Below are positions 1 to 8,448 of a DNA stretch of 64,000 bases, in pieces (within the stretch, counting starts at the first letter, position 1; each line of letters starts with the position of its first letter). The notes below the pieces were generated by a model, which did no database searches, was not told the DNA's origin, and saw only the letters and a list, made by a program, of their open reading frames with translations. Origin of the DNA: Alkalispirochaeta sp. (lineage in GTDB: Bacteria; Spirochaetota; Spirochaetia; DSM-27196; Alkalispirochaetaceae). Both the position numbers and the translations under genes were made by a program. Location: contig CBDESZ010000006.1 of the NCBI GenBank assembly GCA_965242725.1, forward strand, positions 1 to 64,000, written 5' to 3'.

Positions 1-162
1 GCCACGTTCTACAACTGGCGAGCCAAGTACGGTGGCATGGAGGTTTCTCAGGTCAAGCGGCTGAAAGAGCTCGAAGATGAAAACCGACAGCTGAAGCACA
101 TGTATGCCGAGCTCAGCCTGGATCATCGGATCCTCAAGGACATCGTCGAAAAAAAGCTCTAA
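1..162 (+). CDS. IS3-family transposase OrfA (5'-partial)
   Basis: Frame 1 reads ATFYNWRAKYGGMEVSQVKRLKELEDENRQLKHMYAELSLDHRILKDIVEKKL*: HTH end plus leucine zipper. Confidence 0.9.
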   Translation, partial: ATFYNWRAKYGGMEVSQVKRLKELEDENRQLKHMYAELSLDHRILKDIVEKKL

Positions 163-173
163 GGCCAGCCGAG

Positions 174-1016
174 ATGCGTACGCTGGTCGACTATGCGGTG
201 ACCAAACACGGAGCAAGCGTGCTCCGAGGCTGCCGCATTCTCGACTTCAGTCGCACCAGCTACGCGTATCAGCCCGATATGGAACGGGATCGGGTTGTAC
301 GCGAAGCGCTTCTTGAGCTGGCCGACAGGCACCCACGATGGGGCTTTCGGCTCATGTTTGACTCACTACGCCGGAGAGGCCACCGATGGAACCACAAGCG
401 CGTACATCGCGTGTATGTGGCTCTGGGGCTGAATCTACGGCGCAAGGCGAAACGGCGCTTGCCAACGCGTAATCCCGAGCCGCTGTCGGTGCCCGAGCAG
501 GCAAACCAGTCGTGGTCCATGGACTTCATGAGCGACGCGCTGGAGAACGGACATCGCTTCAGGACGTTCAACGTCATCGACGACTACAACCGCGAGGCGC
601 TGGCCATCGAGATCGATCTGAGCCTTCCGGCACCACGCGTGACTCGTGTTCTCGACAGGCTGGTTGAACAGCGCGGCTATCCGAAGCAGCTACGTAGCGA
701 CAATGGCCCGGAGTTTATCAGTATCACCCTTGCCGAATGGGCTGAGCGTCATGGTGTTCACCTGGAGTTCATCAAGCCGGGGCAACCGACTCAGAACTCC
801 TACGTCGAACGGTTCAACCGCACCTACCGAGAGGAGATCCTCGACGCATACATCTTTCGGAGCTTGGACGAGGTCAGGGAGCTGACTCGGACATGGATAG
901 ACCAATACAATGGGGAGCGACCCCACAGAGCTCTCGGTAGGATCACTCCGCTGGACTACCGAAAGGCCAACAACCGGGACGGTGCTAAGTTATCGCCTGC
1001 ACAAAAGGCGGGATGA
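174..1016 (+). CDS. IS3-family transposase OrfB (rve integrase core)
   Basis: WSMDFMSD, SDNGPEF and NSYVERFNRTYREE DDE motifs. Confidence 0.93.
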   Translation: MRTLVDYAVTKHGASVLRGCRILDFSRTSYAYQPDMERDRVVREALLELADRHPRWGFRLMFDSLRRRGHRWNHKRVHRVYVALGLNLRRKAKRRLPTRNPEPLSVPEQANQSWSMDFMSDALENGHRFRTFNVIDDYNREALAIEIDLSLPAPRVTRVLDRLVEQRGYPKQLRSDNGPEFISITLAEWAERHGVHLEFIKPGQPTQNSYVERFNRTYREEILDAYIFRSLDEVRELTRTWIDQYNGERPHRALGRITPLDYRKANNRDGAKLSPAQKAG

Positions 1017-1837
1017 TTACAGAGTACGCCAACATATCGCCATACGCGATCTACGCAGATCTTTTAGACAGAGGGATTTACCTCGCCAGCGTCAGTAGTA
1101 TGTATCGGATTCTCCGCGAAAGAAATCTTCTGCACCACCGAGGAGAATCGCGGCCGCCACAACGCCGGGCAAAACCGCCAGAGCTGAAGGCAACCGGCCC
1201 AAATCAGGTGTGGAGTTGGGACATTACCTACTTGCCGACCCGAGTAAACGGAATTTTCTTCTACGCCTACGTCCTGATCGACGTATGGAGCCGCAAAATT
1301 GTCGGCTGGGAGATTCACACAGAAGAATCTGAAGCCCTTGCCCGAGCGTTCTTCCAGCGTGTCGCTGCCGAACACGACGTGAATGGCGTGCGGCTCCACG
1401 CAGACAACGGAAACCCCATGAAAGGCGTTACGATCCTGGTGCTGTTCTTCTCATTGGGAATCCTTCCCTCGTATTCTCGTCCTCGGGTCAGCAACGACAA
1501 CCCGTTCAGCGAGTCGTTGTTCAAGACCTTGAAATACCGCCCAGGTTACCCACGGCGTTTTCGGGACATCACGCACGCTCGACACTGGTTCGCCGACTTC
1601 GCAAACTGGTACAACACCGAGCACCGGCATTCTGGGATCGGCTATATCACACCTAACGATCGCCATCACGGTCGCACACCGACCATCATGGCGAAGCGGA
1701 ACGACGTTTTGACGACGGCACGTCAGCGACATCCCGAACGATGGCCCAACGGACAAATGAAGTGGCAGGAATATCCGGTCGTGTATCTCAACCCGGATCC
1801 CACTACCAGGGAATCTCTCATGCGCAAATCCGCATGA
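1013..1837 (+). pseudogene. IS3-like DDE transposase, 5' part removed by the upstream IS insertion
   Basis: GIYLASVSSMYRILR, ATGPNQVWSWDITYL, HADNG and SNDNPFSESLFKTLKY motifs. The ATG at 1013 lies inside the terminal repeat of the first IS. Confidence 0.85.
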
Positions 1838-1879
1838 CCAATTTCAAAGACCGGGTGTCATCTACGTTGACATATTCCG
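1022..1879 (+). mobile_element. 3' portion of a second IS3-like element
   Basis: Transposase remnant followed by a probable terminus ...GTGTCATCTACGTTGACATATTCCG at about 1879. The end position is approximate. Confidence 0.65.
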
Positions 1880-2111
1880 ACCACCACACGGACACGAGTT
1901 GCCACCAATCCGCTCCGACCATGTTCGTTCGATCTCTTCGAGGCTATAGTCTTCTTCAGAAATGTCGATTATGATTATCGTAGTTGGTGGGGGAGACCGG
2001 GTCAGGCGCCAACCTAACTAAGCCCGGTTTCCCTTATCCTTTCCTTCCAGTCTTCCCTACGATAATTCGGTCATTTCTCTCAGATCCTTATGTTTTTCTG
2101 CGGGCGCTTAC
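1880..2111. mobile_element. Probable IS66-like terminal remnant
   Basis: Ends ...GGGCGCTTAC (GTAAGCGCCC on the minus strand; IS66 termini start GTAAGC), exactly where the methyltransferase gene stops abruptly. Confidence 0.45.
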
Positions 2112-3767
2112 AGCATCTCGCCACCGTGCGTCGTTCGCTTCTTGTTGGTAGCGTGTCTTGCGCAAACGCGCGACAAGCTCTTCGGGCTCCCGATTCTCGG
2201 CGACATTTTCCGCAAGAATCCAGAAAAGGTCATCTGTCTTCTTGCGATCAAATGCTACAGAACTCGGCAAGCTAATTTTGAGATCGGAATGGACGCTTCC
2301 AATGCGATAATGCACCGTCCGCTCTTCCGCTTCCGTCTCCCGGTCGTTGGCAGGTGAATAGACGGCATCTGCAAATAGAATCGGAATCTCGATTTCTTCG
2401 CCCGGGCACTGTTTTAGTAGATCAGAAATTGCTATCAGGTAGTTGATACGCGCAGTCTGGACGGCTAGAGGGCTGAGATCAAACCCGCAGACATCCTGTA
2501 GAATGCTCTTCAACAGCTCAGAGGCTTGGTGCTTCTGCAGTGCTTTCCGTTTAAATCTGATGGCCTTGATGACAAACGAACCTGACCCACATGTTGGATC
2601 CAAAACACGCACGGTAGTCCAGTCGATTGGCTCCGCCAACGAATAACTATGCTCCACAAGCCAATCTGGTGTGTAAAACTCCCCAAGCGCCTTGCGCAGC
2701 GTACGAGGCACGAGATTCTGATATAGGAGCTTAAGAACGTCGTGCGTGCGAGCTGATTCCAGATCATCAAACTCATAAAGCGATACCATTACCAAAATAC
2801 GTCTGATACCATCGACAATTCGCTTTGAGTTCGCCGGACTCTTTGCTGCATCAACGTACCAGCTGAATAGCACCTCCTCTACAAAGTTAAGAATGCCTGC
2901 TTCTCTGTAGAGACGTCCGGATTCCACAAGGGCAAAGAGTTGGCCCAACAAATCTCGATCAGGCAGGGTGGACATATACTCAGCGAAGTCCGGTATGCTT
3001 GTCAGACCAATCCGGGACAACAAGTGCGCCGCAACCAGTTTGATCACCAAAGTATTGTATGTATGAATAACGAAGAGGCTTTCAGACAATTGATGGCTGT
3101 CTGAGTCAAAAACGAAGGACAATCCTTTGCGAATGGCCTCTTCTTGAAGTCTGGTGAGATCGGAAGCCTGGCCGAAGAACGCACGCCATTCCTCATACAG
3201 CATTCGAACCTTTACGTTCTCATCCTCATGGAGCTCTTGTTTCAGGCTATCGGAAAGAGCAGTCATTAACTGGGCGCCGACCAGAGATTGATGGCCGAAG
3301 TCGGACACTACGTTATCGCCATTGAAAGCTCGTCTCTTCGACTCAACACAGGTGGCCACCACCATTTTGAGAGAGGAAGCCTCCACCGGCATTAGAAATC
3401 CATGGGTTATCTCGTCTTCAGCAAATCGAGCAAAGGCGAGATGCGCTCCATCGATCGCAATTCCAACGTAATCCTTCGGGTCTCCGTTGTCAGACACAGC
3501 ACGACGTTCGATATACTTTCTTAGTCTATCCAAGACGGCTTGCTGGAAAGCCGGACTTTCCGTTGATCCGTTGAATAGACCAGGGGCTTTGAATTCAAGT
3601 ACTACCTTGTTTGTATAAGCATCGTTCCGATCTCGCTCCAGCTCGAATTCTAAGCCTGTATGATCGGAGAGTGCCCGGATCCAGCCGAAACGAACCTCCT
3701 CTTCTGTCGTCCAGTTGCGGAACTCCGCAAGAAGCCGATCGGACAGCTCTCTAATCGTGTCCTTCAT
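2088..3767 (-). pseudogene. Type IIG-like restriction-modification enzyme / N6-adenine DNA methyltransferase, 3'-truncated
   Basis: N-terminal D...EFK nuclease-like motif, LGEFYTPDWL and SAM-binding VLDPTCGSGSF. No NPPY/W catalytic motif or TRD. The last 7 aa (VSARRKT) are encoded by the IS66-like end. Confidence 0.8.
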
Positions 3768-3829
3768 TCAAACCATACCTCGTGCATTGTGGCACCATTA
3801 AAGCATTTTCCAGCATCCACTTGAAGACC

Positions 3830-3938
3830 GCATAACGCCCCGCATGAGTTGCCTGGCGTAATCGGCGCCGATCTTGCCGAGCGTAGCGACTGCAAGATCC
3901 GTGACGATAGCCAGGACAACTCGATGCGGGTGTTATCT
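3830..3938 (-). other. attC: Integron attC recombination site (109 bp)
   Basis: Minus strand: R'' AGATAAC, then GCATCGAGTTGTCCTGG pairing with CCAGGCAACTCATGC (two extrahelical bases), then R' GTTATGC. Directly downstream of the HEPN gene. Confidence 0.85.
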
Positions 3939-3945
3939 GCCGGGA

Positions 3946-4383
3946 CTATCGTTCGGAGGAAGACCTGATCTGATTGCGGAACGAGCCCATCGTCTCCGGA
4001 CACGACCTCAGCATCTCCATGATCGCGTCCGGGTCGATCTCAAAGCTGTACGCATGGCGAATGAAATGACGGAACGCCATAAATCCAAGCAGGTCTGTTC
4101 GTGTTTGGTTGTTGAATAGCGAATGGCTCTCGGCGAGTTCCAAGAGCGCGGTGTGCCAGTTTCCTCCGCTCGGAATCGCCACATTCTTGTCCTTCAGCGC
4201 AAACTGAATCACCTTTTCGATCCCGTTGTAGATCGTCGAAAGTGATAGCGCGCCAGCCCGAATCTCGATTTCGTCTAGCGGATTGTCTTCAGATTTGCGA
4301 ATCAGCAGTTGTACGAGTCGCAGCTCACGGTCGATGTTCTCAAACTCAACGCCGATGGCGTGGGCGAAATCCACCTTAGGCAA
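3946..4383 (-). CDS. HEPN-domain (HepT-like) ribonuclease toxin
   Basis: RHFIRHAY (Rx4H) motif, WHTALL. Overlaps the upstream nucleotidyltransferase gene. Confidence 0.85.
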   Translation of the reverse strand: MPKVDFAHAIGVEFENIDRELRLVQLLIRKSEDNPLDEIEIRAGALSLSTIYNGIEKVIQFALKDKNVAIPSGGNWHTALLELAESHSLFNNQTRTDLLGFMAFRHFIRHAYSFEIDPDAIMEMLRSCPETMGSFRNQIRSSSER

Positions 4384-4672
4384 CCCGTTTCACATGTGGG
4401 TTGGATAGGATTTGTCGACCGAACTCAACTTGCAGATCTAGATCGACAAGGTCCACGGGCCGAGACGAACGACTCATCACCTCCCCGTAGACGGCGAAGA
4501 AACGTCGAGCAGGAATCCCCCGAACGGCGATATCTATGTCGGATGTTTCCGAATCAGCCCCCTCCGCGACAGAGCCGAACACATAGATTTCCGAACATCC
4601 GACGGATTTCAGGTAGTCAGTAATGAGGTCAAGGTCACGCTGGATTGATGTCGAATTATCGCCCCCGCTCAT
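4376..4672 (-). CDS. Minimal nucleotidyltransferase (MntA-like antitoxin)
   Basis: IYVFGSVAEG...SDIDIAV...PVDLVDL, 98 aa. Confidence 0.88.
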   Translation of the reverse strand: MSGGDNSTSIQRDLDLITDYLKSVGCSEIYVFGSVAEGADSETSDIDIAVRGIPARRFFAVYGEVMSRSSRPVDLVDLDLQVEFGRQILSNPHVKRVA

Positions 4673-4789
4673 GGACGAAAGTATACGCGATTAGAGCCCG
4701 TATTTGAATTCGTTCGTCTCTGGCAAAACCAAATCACAACTGGCCGATTTCCACTGAAGCTATGAAGTCTCTTCGTCGGATTGGAAGGC

Positions 4790-4866
4790 AGATAACGACC
4801 GCATCACCTGCGCCCTCGCAGGAACGGAGCGACGAGAAGGCGTCTGGTGAATGCGCGATGTTAGGC
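4790..4866 (-). other. attC: Integron attC recombination site (77 bp)
   Basis: Minus strand: R'' GCCTAAC, then GCATTCACC pairing with GGTGATGC (one extrahelical base), then R' GTTATCT. Confidence 0.85.
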
Positions 4867-4900
4867 GTCGCCCCGCGTTTTTCCATCCGGCAGATTTTCT

Positions 4901-6233
4901 GGTTCATCGCAGATTAGCGGGGAATAGTCAGTAGAAGGAAATAGCAAGATGGCGGCCCACCGGGTACTGTTTGAGTCGACCAAGATCCAAACACCGGAGG
5001 ACCACCATGCAAGCTATTCACCAAGATATCGACCTTCTGGGAAACTGGGAAGGCTACCGCGTTCGCGGTATCAGGGTTCCTGAGAACCAGAATCGAAAGA
5101 TCCGTGTTGAACTCCATCCGAAACACGGGTGGTGGGGTGGGTGCAGCCGGTGTGGATGTACCGGCTGCGACTACCACGATCGTACAACTCGGGTAGTCCG
5201 AGACCTCCCGGTATTCGGCCAAGCGGTTGAACTTCGTGTCCTCGTACGACGGGTGATTTGTCCGGTATGTGGCCCCAGCCGTGAATCGATCCCCTGGTTG
5301 GATTCGTATGCACGCGTCACGAGACGGTTGGCCGATACCGTCTGCCGGATGGCAGAGATCATGACGATCAAGGACGTTGCGAAGACGTTTCTGCTTGCCT
5401 GGCATACGGTGAAGAACATCCACAAACGGTACCTAACGCACCTCCTTGAGCCGGTTGATCTCAACGGGGTCACCCAGCTTCTGATCGATGAGTTTGCTAT
5501 CCAGAAAGGGCATCGATACGCGACGGTAGTCGTCGATGCAGTGCGAAAACGGGTACTGTGGGTCGGAAGGGGCCGCTCACGAGCCTCTATTCGTCCGTTT
5601 TTTGAGCTGCTCGGGGACCAGCGACACAACATCAAAGCGGTCGCACTCGATATGAGTAGCGCCTACATCAATGAAATCGCCGAACAGTGTCCACACGCGC
5701 AGGTGATCTTTGATCACTTTCACGTCATCGCCCGCTACGGTCGCGAGGTCATCGATCGCGTCCGCGTTGATGCCGCCAACCGATATCGACATGACCCGAT
5801 ACAGCGGAAGCTGGTCAAAGGGTCTCGTTGGCTCCTATTACGAAACCCCAGCAACATCACCCGACCGGAAGACCGGCAACAACTCGACGAGCTGCTTGAA
5901 ATCAACAAGGAACTATCGCTGGTGTACATCATGAAGGAGCACCTCAACCATCTCTGGCGGTTCGAAGATCAGATTACCGCTCGTGCGTGGTGGCATCAGT
6001 GGTATCGCATGGCGATCAACAGCAACATCGACGCGTTAATCAAGTTCGCTCGGAATCTATCCGTTCACGTGGAGGGCTTGTTGGCACACACAAGATACCG
6101 GCTGAATACCGGTGTCCTCGAAGGTATGAACAACAAGATCAAGGTGATCAAGCGGGTCGCCTTTGGCTTCCGGGATGACGAATACTTCTTTCTTCGCATC
6201 CGTCACGCATTCCCCGGAGTTCGACGATGAACC
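4901..6233 (+). mobile_element. ISL3-family insertion sequence
   Basis: Terminal IRs GGTTCATCGCAGATTAGCGGGGAAT / ATTCCCCGGAGTTCGACGATGAACC. The flanks are not duplicated. Confidence 0.9.
5007..6230 (+). CDS. ISL3-family transposase
   Basis: Zn-finger CSRC...CPVC, IDEFAIQKGHRY, VALDMSSAY, FDHFHV, LEGMNNKIKVIKR. GGAGG RBS before ATG 5007. Confidence 0.93.
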   Translation: MQAIHQDIDLLGNWEGYRVRGIRVPENQNRKIRVELHPKHGWWGGCSRCGCTGCDYHDRTTRVVRDLPVFGQAVELRVLVRRVICPVCGPSRESIPWLDSYARVTRRLADTVCRMAEIMTIKDVAKTFLLAWHTVKNIHKRYLTHLLEPVDLNGVTQLLIDEFAIQKGHRYATVVVDAVRKRVLWVGRGRSRASIRPFFELLGDQRHNIKAVALDMSSAYINEIAEQCPHAQVIFDHFHVIARYGREVIDRVRVDAANRYRHDPIQRKLVKGSRWLLLRNPSNITRPEDRQQLDELLEINKELSLVYIMKEHLNHLWRFEDQITARAWWHQWYRMAINSNIDALIKFARNLSVHVEGLLAHTRYRLNTGVLEGMNNKIKVIKRVAFGFRDDEYFFLRIRHAFPGVRR

Positions 6234-6244
6234 ATAAAAAAACG

Positions 6245-6289
6245 TTGACAAATAAGTAACCATTGGTTACTATATTACCAATGGTTACT
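6245..6289 (+). promoter_or_regulatory. sigma70 promoter with two TetR-type operators
   Basis: TTGACA(6245)-17 nt-TACTAT(6268). Perfect palindrome AGTAACCA-T-TGGTTACT at 6255-6271, with a near copy at 6273-6289 over the start codon. Confidence 0.75.
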
Positions 6290-6985
6290 TCTGGCGGACA
6301 ACAGAGCCCTGAGCCACGGGGTCGTCAACGCCTCAATGCTGAGGCGACACGGAATGCAATATGCGACGCGGCAACGCGCCTCTTTCAGTTGCGCGGATTT
6401 GAAGAGGTGACGATGCGGCAGATCGCATCGGACGCGGGATGCTCTCACACCGCGATCTACCGGTACTTCCCCGACAAGGAGGCGCTTCTGGAGGCCATCG
6501 CAGTGCCCGTTCTCGCGGGGCTCACCGCCGATTTTGATCGTATCGTGGCGGCGGATTTATCGTGGGAAGCTCGTCTGTTGGATATGTGTTTGCGTTTTGT
6601 CCGATTCGGGATAACCAGTCGGAGTATGTTCCGCCTCTTTGCTACGGTTCACGCCGGGCGGGTAGACCGGGAGCCCGGAGGCAGTGAAATTAATTTTTTG
6701 CGCATCGGTCTCTTTCGGCGGCTGCGGGAGACGCTCGCGGGTGCCGTGGGTCTCGAGATGGATGACGATCGTACGCTCGATTACGCCAGGGGTCTTTACT
6801 ATCTCCTGCACGGAATGATCGGTACGTATGAGGAATCGGCGGAAAGCGACGAGGAGCTTCTATCGCGGCTGGAATCCACGTTTATCACGGCGATTCGCAG
6901 CCTCGTGGGGGGCTTTCGGACAGCCGCCAAAACTACAATCAATGACGGTGTCGGCGAAAAGCCACCGGCTCAAGGAGGAGCATGA
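6281..6985 (+). CDS. TetR/AcrR-family transcriptional regulator
   Basis: AATRLF..RGFEEVTMRQIA..AGCSHTAIYRYFPDKEAL HTH. Confidence 0.92.
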   Translation: MVTSGGQQSPEPRGRQRLNAEATRNAICDAATRLFQLRGFEEVTMRQIASDAGCSHTAIYRYFPDKEALLEAIAVPVLAGLTADFDRIVAADLSWEARLLDMCLRFVRFGITSRSMFRLFATVHAGRVDREPGGSEINFLRIGLFRRLRETLAGAVGLEMDDDRTLDYARGLYYLLHGMIGTYEESAESDEELLSRLESTFITAIRSLVGGFRTAAKTTINDGVGEKPPAQGGA

Positions 6986-7650
6986 TGAAATTTTCTCAGG
7001 TTTCGGAACACATTTATTCATTGAGCATTTGGATGATTGTTCCAATTCACGTGTGGTTGGTCAGACAGGAGGATGGAATGACGCTCGTCGATGCGGGGGT
7101 GCCTCCCATGGCCCGGGGCATTCAACGGGAGGTTCAACGCATTGGTAACGGGCCCATTACTCGTATTCTATTGACCCACGGCCACGTCGATCACGTCGGA
7201 GCGATCAGGTCCATCGTGAAATCGGAGGACGTGCCGGTCATGGCTCACGGAAGTGAGATTCCCTATATGGAAGGTGATCTGCCCTATCCGCGTCGGAAAA
7301 ACGCGCAACGGACGGTGACTCCCGGTATTGTGAAGGCGTTACAGGAAGACGAAGCCGGGCGGCTGTCTCCGGTCGGCGATTTGGTACCGATACACACGCC
7401 GGGTCATTCACCGGGACATGTCGTGTGGTATCATGCCGGGGATCGGGTCCTTCTGGCCGGTGACCTCTTTACTTCCCGCAACGGTAAATTGCGACCGCCG
7501 TTCGCAATGTTCACCGCGGATATGGCGCAGGCCATGGAAAGCGCGCGGATTCTGGAAACGCTCCGACCGGAGCGACTGGAAGTATGCCACGGTGGACCCG
7601 TGCTCAATCCGGCCGAGCAGCTCGCGGAGTATTTGGATCGCTATTCTTAA
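6982..7650 (+). CDS. MBL-fold metallo-hydrolase
   Basis: THGHVDHVG, HTPGHSPGH, AGD and CHG metal ligands. Confidence 0.9.
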   Translation: MMKFSQVSEHIYSLSIWMIVPIHVWLVRQEDGMTLVDAGVPPMARGIQREVQRIGNGPITRILLTHGHVDHVGAIRSIVKSEDVPVMAHGSEIPYMEGDLPYPRRKNAQRTVTPGIVKALQEDEAGRLSPVGDLVPIHTPGHSPGHVVWYHAGDRVLLAGDLFTSRNGKLRPPFAMFTADMAQAMESARILETLRPERLEVCHGGPVLNPAEQLAEYLDRYS

Positions 7651-8447
7651 ATTGGACCCAAATTGAGGCTCACCGGACAGTGGTCAGAACCCATTTGATC
7701 CGGGTGAATGTCCGCCTTCACAATACGCTCCCGGAGCGACGGGGAGGCGAGAAAATAGTCGATCCGCCACCCCACATTCCGTTCGCGGGCACCCCGTTGG
7801 AAGCTCCACCACGTGTAATAACCGTTACCGCGGTAAAATAATCTGAAGGTGTCGATAAAGCCCGCATCGATGAAATTCTGAAATCCTTCCCGCTCTTCTA
7901 TCGTGTAACCCTTTTGACCCTCGTTCTGCCTGGGCCGGGCGAGGTCGTCCGGCGTGTGGGCAACGTTGAGGTCACCGCAAAAGACGACCGGTTTTGCCTC
8001 CTCCAGTCGTTTGCAATAGGCGAGGAAGGCGGGGTCCCAGCGCCGGTGTCGCAGTTCAAGCCGGGAGAGGTCGTTCTTGGCATTGGGTGTGTACACCGTT
8101 ACGAGATAAAACGTGTCGTACTCGATGGCTATGACCCGTCCTTCTTTGGTGAGATCGCCGTATCCGTCGTCCGTGAGGCGGTATTCTCGTCCGATATCAC
8201 CGGGCAGGTCGTGGATCACGTTCAGCGGTTCCCGGCGGGAAAAGACGGCCGTGCCGCTGTACCCCTTACGCTCCGCCGCGTTCCAGTACTGCCGGTATCC
8301 GGGGAGGTCCAGTTCCACCTGATGCTGCTCCGCTTTGGTTTCCTGTAAACAGAGGACATCCGGGTGGTGTCGGGTGATGAACGTCTGAAGTTCGCCCTTA
8401 CGAATAACCGCCCGGATACCGTTTACGTTCCAGGAGTAGATGTTCAT
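7647..8447 (-). CDS. xth: Exodeoxyribonuclease III / AP endonuclease
   Basis: SWNVNGIRA, CLQETK, CGDLNVAH, GWRIDYF, GSDHCPV. Confidence 0.95.
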   Translation of the reverse strand: MNIYSWNVNGIRAVIRKGELQTFITRHHPDVLCLQETKAEQHQVELDLPGYRQYWNAAERKGYSGTAVFSRREPLNVIHDLPGDIGREYRLTDDGYGDLTKEGRVIAIEYDTFYLVTVYTPNAKNDLSRLELRHRRWDPAFLAYCKRLEEAKPVVFCGDLNVAHTPDDLARPRQNEGQKGYTIEEREGFQNFIDAGFIDTFRLFYRGNGYYTWWSFQRGARERNVGWRIDYFLASPSLRERIVKADIHPDQMGSDHCPVSLNLGPI

Positions 8448-8448
8448 G

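Larger units (their letters stand above)
1..1021 (+). mobile_element. IS3-family (IS407-group-like) insertion sequence, left end outside window
   Basis: orfA/orfB pair with an A7G slippery site at 149-156. The element ends ...GGATGATTACA at 1021 (IS3 ends are TG...CA). Confidence 0.85.

Noticed and set aside
6982..7650. Metallo-beta-lactamase resistance gene
   Set aside because: No signal peptide; generic HxHxDH hydrolase.
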